Made by a program: the position numbers and the translations under genes
In this document: piece after piece, positions 54,590 to 64,000 of the stretch
Numbering within the stretch: the stretch's first letter is position 1
Layout of the letters: each line of letters starts with the position of its first letter
Notes under the pieces: generated by a model
What the model saw: only the letters and a program-made list of their open reading frames with translations
The model's database searches: none
What the model was told of the DNA's origin: nothing
From: Octopus sinensis
Taxonomy: Eukaryota
Length of the DNA stretch: 64,000 nt
Assembly (NCBI RefSeq): GCF_006345805.1
Contig: NC_042997.1
Span: forward strand, 145,638,001 to 145,702,000
Reading direction: 5' to 3'

Positions 54590-55060
54590 TATATGTATGC
54601 GTGTGTCTGTGTATGATGATATATATATATCTACTATATATCTGGGAACTTCTGTCTGTGGGTGTGTCCTCCTACATCGTTTTATCAATTTTGATGAAAC
54701 TTGACACGTGAGTAGAACTCATGTCTGGAAACCTTGTGGCATACTCAGACTACTGAAAAATTCGATATATATATATATTGTTTTTCTTTTAAAAGCCAAG
54801 GGAAGTAACCCATTAGGCTCTGGAAGGGATCCTTATATATAACCAGGGAGAATAACCCATTCATTGTCCTAAGTTATTTGGTAAAAATGAAATTGAGTAT
54901 GCTTATTTCTTAGTATTTAAACAATTAGAGTTAATTTCTCAATTCATCCAGTACAACCCTTAAACAAGTAAATATTATTTTCCTAAACAATAGATCCACT
55001 TAGTTCGGTCAGTGACTTATTAACGAATATAATAACACTAGCGCTGCTGAGGGTAATATT

Positions 55061-55420
55061 CTCTGGGAACGCACAAAAGCCCTTTTCAGAGTTAGTTACT
55101 TTGAATTGTAATTATCTCATATCTGCTTAGCCTGTTACTACGTAACATGCTTCACGATTTTACTATACATACCTTATTAATATTTCTTCTTAAGTTTTAT
55201 ACACTCTGGGAACGCATTACAGTCCTTTTCGGAAATACTGTATTTGAATTATTTCTATCGGATAACTAATTTCATGTTATTACGTAACTGGCTTCACAAT
55301 TTGGGTATCCATAACATTGGGAATTCCTAAAACCAAGAGCCTGTGTAAGACAGTTCGGCATTCTCTGTAAACGTGCAAAAACCGATTTCAGGGCTACATA
55401 CTTTGTATTGTTGTTATTGG
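55061..55420 (+). repeat. Old tandem repeat, three diverged units (starts 55061, 55204, 55363)
   Basis: CTCTGGGAACGCA...CTTTTC...TTTGAATT...TACGTAAC..GCTTCAC recurring. Confidence 0.6.
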
Positions 55421-55998
55421 CTTAGCGAAACAATTATTAGAACGGAAATTACCGGGTACGTCAGCTATATTTGCATATATGTAAGTATGCCCTTACGCAT
55501 ACATACATCCACACACATATAGACACGCGCGAACATACGCTCATGTATGGTTGAAAGGGATCGTTATTCTTTTCCATTTTTTGTTATATTACAGGCCTGA
55601 GCGTATGCAAATGATGTTTATCTAAAGTTATGTTTTCGGATAAGACCGAAATTGTTATGTCGCATGCACATACATCTCGTCCTACACAAATAGTAACGCA
55701 AGAAGGTACAGACATGCACGCACACACACGCACATAAACGCACAGACACACACACACACACACACACATACACAATTGTATGTTACTTGAAAAAATTCTA
55801 GGTTAAATAGTTTCAAATTATGTTGACTGCATTAAAGTCCAGTATCAAATAATTCTGTTTATTAGAATCTAGTAATGAAACCATGATGGTCGTTGAACCT
55901 GTTAAAAGCAGCGGGGAAATTCCCCCTTCCACCTCCATCGCTACGCTACTATCTTAAAAGTAGAAGGACACGTTGGAACATTGTAGTTTTATATGAAA

Positions 55999-56511
55999 CT
56001 AGCAGTATCGCCCGGCGTTGCTCGGGTTTGTAAGGGAAATAACTATATAAGCATTTTTAGAGAGTTACTTCCCTTATAGATGCCAATTCAGGCTTTCTTA
56101 GCCATTTCTGTTTTGGTGTCTTCAAGCCATGAAGTCGTTGTTCTAAAAGAACGCTGGTCTCCTTGACAACGCTTTACGACGTTGATTTCCTTACACTCCC
56201 TTCCCCACAGCTTCACGAGGAAGGGAAGAAGGGGGAGAAGCAAATAGGTGCAGGTGTGACCATGGACGCCAACTCCGCCGCCATCGACACACGAAAAATT
56301 ATGCATTAAAATGGAATAAAAAATTATGTTAAATTATTTTTAAAATCGTAGACTCATCGTAGACGCGCGCTAATACTCAGACGGGCTCGATATGAATCAT
56401 GACTATAAGATACCCGAATTTGGTTAAACTGCACCGCAAAATGTGGAAGTAGTTAGGAATCTAAATCGAAGGGGACAGACACTCACACAACTACAGTTTT
56501 ATATATATAGA
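55999..56511 (-). mobile_element. Non-autonomous Helitron, complete
   Basis: Minus strand A|TCTATATATAT start, 3' hairpin CCCGAGCAACGCCGGG, CTAG|T end; inserted at A|T. Confidence 0.85.
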
Positions 56512-56593
56512 TATATTCTTGATCTGACAGTAATAAATAACAAAACTTGCATCACATTTTAGAATTATCTCTCCAGATTTTGTATATAAATTA

Positions 56594-57655
56594 TTTCGTC
56601 TGCCGCTATGTTCTGAGTTCAATTTCCGCCGAGGTCAACTTTGTCTTTCATCCTTTCGGGGTCGATTAAATAAGTACCAGTTACGCACTGAGGTCAATAT
56701 AATCGACTTAATCCGTTTGTCTGTCCTTGTTTGCGCCTTCTGTGTGTAGCCACTTGTGGTCACTAAAGAGATAGGTATTTCGTCTGCCATTACGTTCTGA
56801 GTTCAAACTCCGCCGAAGTCGACTTTGCCTTTCATCCTTTCGGGGTCGAAAAATTAAGTACAAGTTGCGTACTGGGGTCGATCTAATCGACTGGTCCCTT
56901 TCTTCAAAATTTCGGGCCTTCTGCCTAGAGTAGAAAAGAATCGTTGGCACACCTGACATAACGCTTAGCGGCACTTGGTCTATCTTACAGGTTGAGATAA
57001 AATTTCGTCGAAGACGACTTTGGCTTTCATCCTTTCGGGATTGATGAAATAAGTACCAGTTGGACTCTGGGGTCGATGTAATCAGTTTACTCACTCCCCC
57101 GAAAATGCTAAAATATAAAATTGTTATTTCTTGTAAGGTATTTAATAAGTCCAAAGTCGTAGGCGGCGAGCTGGCAGAAACGTTAGCACGCCGGGCGAGG
57201 TGCTTAGCGGTAATTCGTCTGTCTTTATGTCCCGAGTTCAAATTCCGCCGAGGTGGACTTTGCCTTTCGAGGTCGATAAATTAAGTACCAGTTGCATACT
57301 GTGGTCGATACAGTCGACTGGCTCCCTCCCCCCAAATTTCGGGCCTTGTGCCCAGAGTAGAAAAGAATATTACACCTTATGTATTAAGGCTGACATGTGG
57401 GGTTTCGATTCTACTAAGACTTTCATATTGTATTTAAGATGAGTATTCACTTCAAGTCAGTGAGCTGGAAGAATCGTTAGTATGCCGGACCGAATGCTTG
57501 GCAGCATTTCGCTCGTCTTCACATTGTGAGTTCAAATTCTGCCGAGGTCGACTTTACCTTTCCGATGAAATAAATATCTGTCGAATACTGAGGCCGATGT
57601 AATTCATTATCCCACTCCGCCATAATTTCAGCCCTTACACCGATACTAGAAGGAT
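56594..57655. mobile_element. SINE-A cluster: head-less dimer plus 56594-56940, minus 56940-57125, plus 57161-57368, old plus 57461-57655
   Basis: Family central domain in each copy; two tail types. Confidence 0.82.
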
Positions 57656-58368
57656 TTTAGTATTTGCTTCATATTAGTATAGATGTTTTCTATGTATTTA
57701 CAGACCTTCCTCGCGTCGCAGAATTCACGTTGCAACCACATTTTAAGGAGTACAACGATTCCGTTACCCAGGAGATGATTTCATTAATGCATTATATATA
57801 TATATCTTCCAATGAGTGAGAGATGGGAGGATATTTGTATGAAGAAACCTATGATTGAGATTTGTTTTTTATCTTCTTTTTTCTATCACATTAGCTGTTT
57901 CATATTTTCCTGTATAAAAGCTATCAGTAATAATATTTATCCAAAACACGAAAATTAAAAATTTACGACAAACGGCCAGAAGCCTGTTAGACTGTGAATA
58001 ATCTGCTGTGCAACAATAACAAGTCAAATGCAAACATTCTATTACTTAGGACAGACAAACACCAGACTTTATCGCTGGCTGAACATACGTCAGCAACAAG
58101 AAATCATTACAATTTATATCATGAATCAGTGAGGGTCTCTCTATACGGTAGCTCTAATTGCTAAAAATAGCAGCCAAATCTTCATGAAATCATACAGCCT
58201 ACTACATTAAGAAAAAGGAATGGACATACTGGGTAATGTAGTCATAGATAAAGGATAGTGTTGACTAGGATTAAAGGAAGGAATAATTATTTTTGCCATG
58301 CCTCTGGTTGTAGGTCTGTTTCTTCTACGTTGATTATCTGGGGCTGAACAACAGCGACAAAAGCCATA

Positions 58369-58583
58369 TTACATCACAAAATACAGAATAAAACTTGATA
58401 TAAAATTACTAATCGATAACAAAATGATTAAAATGACTGAACAAACCAGCAAAAAAGAAAAAGTATATATGGAATCAATTTTAATAGTAACAGTTCCCCG
58501 CAAAACATTAACATAACACATTGGTAGCATATCATAATATCCAACCAATATCCTATTCCAAGCAACAGATTGTTTCACCGCCG
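58369..58583 (-). CDS. Candidate terminal coding exon encoding a hydrophobic C-terminus (unknown protein)
   Basis: Strong acceptor TCTGTTTCTTTTCTTTCCTCAG; open frame AVKQSVAWNRILVGYYDMLPMC...IYTFSFLLVCSVILIILLSISNFISSFILYFVM*; no homology recognised. Confidence 0.3.
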
Positions 58584-58777
58584 CTGAGGAAAGAAAAGAA
58601 ACAGATTTCAGCGGTGACAGCGTTTATAGATTGGTGATAACGAAGAGAAACTGATAGCTGCGTGTCTACAATTCTGTTCCAAATGCTTCATACAGGCTAT
58701 GTTGTATAAAGCGAAAGTTACAGAAGCTATCAAAAAGGAACGCATTTAACAGAATTCACATTTAAAAGTAAGAATAC

Positions 58778-58844
58778 CTAGCTTTCTCAGTTCCTTTTCA
58801 CACCCAAACGATAATATCGACTCATCTCCTTTGTCCTGGTATGT
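58778..58844 (-). CDS. Candidate 67-nt internal exon
   Basis: Acceptor TTCTACTTTTGTTTCCAG, donor AG|GTATTC; TYQDKGDESILSFGCEKELRKL; phase matches 58369-58583. Confidence 0.27.
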
Positions 58845-59580
58845 CTGGAAACAAAAGTAGAACAAACTAAAAATATTTGCAAATCCTGGTTTCTCTATAG
58901 TTGAAATAGACGCTACATATTCTAATTGATACCAAAGCTGAAACCTATTTCTCAGTTAGAACTATACCCCGTAGGGAATCCCTCAGCATGTTGAATATAA
59001 AACAGGATGTAAAAAAAAAAAAAAGTAGATACAAGTATAAATATACATTAAATCACCACTTCCAGCAACAGATGGGGTAACTGCACTACCACACGCTTAC
59101 CAGCAACACATCAACTTAGATAGATATTTAATTATAACAGTACTTTTTTCCAGTAAGATTTTGTCCACCTACAACATCCTATATCAGAGACAAGCTGTTT
59201 AATAATTTCTGTAGAGACACCGCCATTCCTACTGAAAGCAAATTGGAAGTTTATTCTGCTATATTCTTAAAACTAGCATTTTACCAATAACTAAGTTTGT
59301 GAGTGTGTGTGTGTGTCTATATATAATGTGTGTGTGCGCATGCGTGATTGTATATGAAGATAGTGAGTGTGCTGCACAGCCTCATCCGGCTTACGTAATA
59401 GTGCGAATGTAAACCACCATCTTTGAAAAGTAAACTCTTTCCATATGCACTGAGTATTTTACTTTGCCTTCGCATGCGCACGAATGCATGTATAACACAC
59501 ACACACACACACACACACACTTACACACTTGTGGTTTTCTTCATTTTCTAATTATTTGCATTATATATATATATATGTAT

Positions 59581-59987
59581 TCTCTTTACTCTTTTACTTG
59601 TTTCAGTCATTTGACAGCGGCCATGCTGGAGTACTGCCTTTAGTCGAGCAAATCGACCCCAGGACTTATTCTTTGCAAGCCTAGTACTTATTCTATCGGT
59701 GTCTTTTGCTGAACCGCTAAGTTACGGGGACGTAAACACACCAGCATTGGTTGTCAAGCGGTGTTAGGGGGATAAACACAGACACACAAACATATACACA
59801 CACATACATATATATATATGCATATATACGACGGGTTTCTTTCAGTTTCCGTCTACCAAATCCACTCACAAGGCTTTGGTCGGCCCGAGGCTTAGTAGAA
59901 GACACTTGCTCAAAGTGCCACGCAGTGGGACTAAACCCGGAACCATGTGGCTTGTAAGCAAGCTACTTACCACACAGCCACTCCTAC
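59581..59987 (-). mobile_element. SINE-C, full length
   Basis: Near-consensus head, core and CTCTTTTACTTGTTTCAGTCAT tail. Confidence 0.88.
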
Positions 59988-60729
59988 GCCTTTCTCTGCC
60001 TTCATTCTTTGATTTCCTTTTCTTCTACTTAACTGTCTCTCCCTCTCTCTCATTATTTACTCTCTCTCTCCCTCTCTCTCATTCTTCATTCTTTCTGGTT
60101 TCCTCACAACCACTCCCCTTTCTTCTCTCCCTTTCTCTTACTCCTCCTCCTCCCCCCTGCTGTTAACCCGCGACGAGAGCCTTACCACCTTCTTTCTCAC
60201 TTGACCTTCTTGAGGTGTGGACGGCAATTTTCTTTGCTCCCTTCGCCGTTCACAGATATAGCGTTCGTAATACTTTTATCGTTCGGCTTAACAGCCCTTC
60301 TTGTCTTGTTATTTTCATTGTCCTGTCTTTTACTGCTTATATTTTGTACTGTCGTTACTGTCCTGTTTTTGTTACCATTTTTACCCCTGTGCAAAAAGAT
60401 CTCAAATTTTATTTGATTTGCTTTTCGCAGGAAGGAAAGTTTCTATCGAAGATACGTCTCGCCTTCACCTTCGAAACGTAGAGTAGATGAAACCATGGCG
60501 ACTGAAGAAGGGTTTTTTTTTCCTTGTGTTATTTGTCCTGTACTCTATTTTTTTGTTGTTTAAGAAAAATGTCCAGTTCCTTGGGTTTGTGTCTATGTTT
60601 TCGTTTCTCATTGTGTTCGACGTTTTTTTGGTATCCTGTACTCATATATGCGTGTATATATACATGTAGAGGTAGGTACGTACATATATGTATATATATA
60701 TGCATATGTTTTATTTATTAATATATATA

Positions 60730-60768
<39 letters not shown>

Positions 60769-61140
60769 TATGCTTACAGCTAGAAATAACAGCTACTTTG
60801 TCTTGCATATAATGTCTGATAAAAAAAGACGCAATTTTCTCTTGACAAATACCGAGGGAGTCTCAAATTACACGCCGTTGAGCTATATTATAAAATACTA
60901 CATGGAAGCTCGCAATCTCTAACAGATGGTGTCATCTGGAATACGTTTCATGATGTATCGAATTAATCAATATTGACCTGGGAAAATAACAGCAGCAACC
61001 ACAAGTCACAAGCAATCAGTGACACACAGAAACCTACCACCGAGTTGTGATTTTACTCCATCTTATTCAGTTACAATATCTAGCACTCATCTTGTTTTGT
61101 GTTACCTATACTATACTATAGGCTTTGTGTTACCTATACG

Positions 61141-61600
61141 CGTGGAGGCGCGTGGCTTAGTGGTGAGGGTGTCAGCACCATGATCGTAAAGATTGTGGTT
61201 TCGATTCTTGGACCGGGTGTTATTGAGTAACGCTGTGATGGACTGGCGTCCTGTGTATCTGGGGAACACATACGTCATAGAAACCGAGAAACCGGGCCCA
61301 TGAGCCTGGCTAGGCTTTAAAAAGGCGCATTTATTTTTTATGTGGAGGCGCGTGGCTTAGTGGTTAGTGTGTCAGTATCATGATCGTCAGATTGTGGTTT
61401 CGATTCCTGGACCGAGCGACACGTTGTGTTCTTGAGCAAAACACTTCATTTCACGTTTCTCCAGTCCACTCAGCTGGCAAAAATGAGTAACGCTGCGATG
61501 GAATGGCGTCCCGTCCAGCTGGGGAACACATACGCCATAGAAACCGGGAAACCGGGCCCATGAGCCTGGCTAGACTTTAAAAGGGCGCATTTATTTATTT
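61141..61600 (+). mobile_element. SINE-B tandem dimer (first monomer lacks CORE-like part)
   Basis: Two GTGGAGGCGCGTGGCTTAGTGG heads and two TGAGCCTGGCTAG.CTTTAAAA.GGCGCATT tails. Confidence 0.9.
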
Positions 61601-62989
61601 TATTTATATACTAAGAACGCTTGTTTCATTCACTTACGCGTTTACTCTATCTTCCATTATTCCTACGCTATCTTACACCGCATTCAATATTTTAATTACC
61701 AAACTGCAAATAAACTCCTTAAGTTCTTTTATTATATTCGCTTTCTACTTTGAAATATATTTCCATGGTGCTCCGCTTCTGCTTTTATGTTCCTATTAAC
61801 GAGCAATTTTCAATGCTTCAAAGTTAACCGTAATTTCATAAACTGTAGATAACTGTACACGGGATCCAAGTAAGGAACACCTCGAAATGCTTTATATTAA
61901 ATTAGGAAGAAATTACACTGAATCATGGCTAATACTATTGTAATAAGTGTCTTACTCGAGCTTTGTAAAAAGGTTAATAAGGATCAACGTAGAAGCATCT
62001 TCTGTCTCTAAAGGGGTATTCTCGTTTCTGTGATGTAATTTAGGCAATTTTATATATGTAGGCATCAGCAGACATTGCGAAGCCTAGCATTTGCAGCATG
62101 GTCTCTGGGGATGGTGAGAAATTGAAAGTTATGATAAAAAGTGGTTATTAAACAACTATTATCTACTGTTTTGATAAGCAAACAGTTGTTGTTTTTTGTT
62201 GTCGAACTCCATATCGGCTCTGATCGAGTAGGTTTAATTAATGATTATAAGCATTCCAGTCATGACCATCACGTTGGAATGCTTATAACGTTCACTCAGA
62301 TATATGTTATACAGGACTACATTAGCTTGCGGGTCCATTTTCCAAGCATCGATCTTCAGACGAGAACTGTCACAAGGCCGATTATTATTTATATGCATTG
62401 GCGTAGGTGGGGGTTTCTTTTTCGTATTTTCATTTTTGTCACTTTTAATTGTCTGATTTTGGTGGCCTAACGTTTATGCTCGTTGACTCTATTGGCCAGG
62501 GGCGTATTTAGGAATATTTATTTTTATAATTAATTTTATGTGGATATTAGTCTAATTATGTTGTTTATCTGAATTTATCTGCGTATTTCATCGTGCGTTT
62601 GTAAAAAAAATGTAATTGTGTTGTATGTTTATTTAGACAAGCCTATTTCATTTATCAGAAGGTAATTTGAATAAAAAAAATTTAGTGTTTTTTCTTTTGG
62701 AAGTACCTTGTGTTGTGTTGTATTTCATGGTGACTAATATAAACATTCATAGTTGACTGTGTCTTACGTTAAAACGGAAGTACGAGCTACTTACTTTGTA
62801 TCCATGTCAAATCGCTTTTATTGTTACTTATCATGTTTCATGATAAGGACTGTGTTTTGAAGCTATTCGTAGCATGAATTGACGAGACTTAACTGCAAAA
62901 ATACATAGACTCCATAATCGTTATGGAGAGTGCTCTTTTCATTCGCATATGAGCCTTGTATGATGCATCTATGAATGTATGTATGTATG

Positions 62990-63251
62990 TTCTTTTATTC
63001 TTTTATTTGCTTCAGTCATTAGACTGCGGCCATGCTGGGGCACCGCTTTCAAGAATCGACGCCAGTAATTAAATTTTAAATTTGGTACTTCATCTATCGT
63101 TCTGTTTTGCTGAGCTGCTAAGTTACGGGTACATAAACACACAAACCCCAGCTATCAAGTGATGGTGGGTGACAAACACACACACATGCGCACGCGTGCA
63201 TACACATACATATACATTTACATATATAAATTTATACACACACATATACGT

Positions 63252-63321
<70 letters not shown>

Positions 63322-63540
63322 ATATATCATATATGTAAGTACTAGAGGCTAATGACTGAAACAAGTAAAAGATAAATTTATATGACAGGCTTCTTTCAGT
63401 TTCCATCTACCAAATCCATTCACAAGGCTTTGTTGGCCCCAGGCTATTGTAGAAGACACTTGTGCTAGGTGCCACGCTGTGGGATTGAACCCAGAAGCAC
63501 ATGGTTGAGAAGCAAACTTCTTACCACACAGCGATGTATG
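62990..63540 (-). mobile_element. SINE-C with (CA)/(TA) core
   Basis: Family head, core and tail motifs. Confidence 0.8.
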
Positions 63541-63641
63541 TGTGTGTATGTGTGTGAGTGTTTGTGTGTGTGTGTACATATATAAATATGCACACACACA
63601 CACACACACAACGTCAGGTAGACAAACATACTGGTGATTGG

Positions 63642-63747
<106 letters not shown>

Positions 63748-64000
63748 GATGTGAGGTTGGCCCTGGTTGGGTGCCTCACATTTCCTTACATAGTTGTTGA
63801 AAGGAAAATAGCGGAACAAGAATCTCCGAACATATAACAATAATAATATATTTTCGCCGAAATAAGCATTTCATCTCTGGACATCGGTAGCCTGGACGTC
63901 GGCAAGTGGGGTGGGGTGTGAGGGGTGGAAGTAGCAGAGTTGATTGAATCACAATTGTGAAAGCATTCTTCACAGTGTAGTGACGCCTGGTTCCAGACGT

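Noticed and set aside
54628-54790. Helitron-like 5' start (ATCTACTATATATCTGGGAACTTCTGTCTGTGG) on the plus strand
   Set aside because: No 3' hairpin plus CTAG terminus located, so boundaries cannot be supported

Overview
This is AT-rich eukaryotic (animal) genomic DNA. The repeat families look like those of octopod cephalopods (Octopus-type tRNA-derived SINEs); this is recognition from memory, not a database result. No intact, recognisable host protein-coding gene, rRNA, tRNA or CRISPR is present, and most ORFs in the track are microsatellite read-throughs. The window is a mosaic of microsatellites and about 30 SINE copies from at least 3 families (called SINE-A, SINE-B and SINE-C here). It also holds decayed autonomous elements: a D34D mariner with intact TIRs, a DD37D/maT-like fossil, a GIY-YIG Penelope-like element, two R4/Dong-type RLE LINE remnants and a Tx1/L1-type 3' end. 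There are also hAT MITEs and two non-autonomous Helitrons. A 100-N scaffold gap is flanked by a ~970-bp duplication that is probably an assembly artefact. The most interesting leads are: a TGA at a conserved Cys position of the Penelope endonuclease (possible selenocysteine versus simple decay); a TIR-bracketed telomeric-repeat MITE; three hAT MITEs separated by the same 35-bp spacer; head-less tandem SINE multimers; an (AAT)n-embedded element with a triplicated end next to a hammerhead-like motif; and a phase-compatible minus-strand exon chain at 58.4-60.4 kb. Most coordinates for decayed repeats are approximate.
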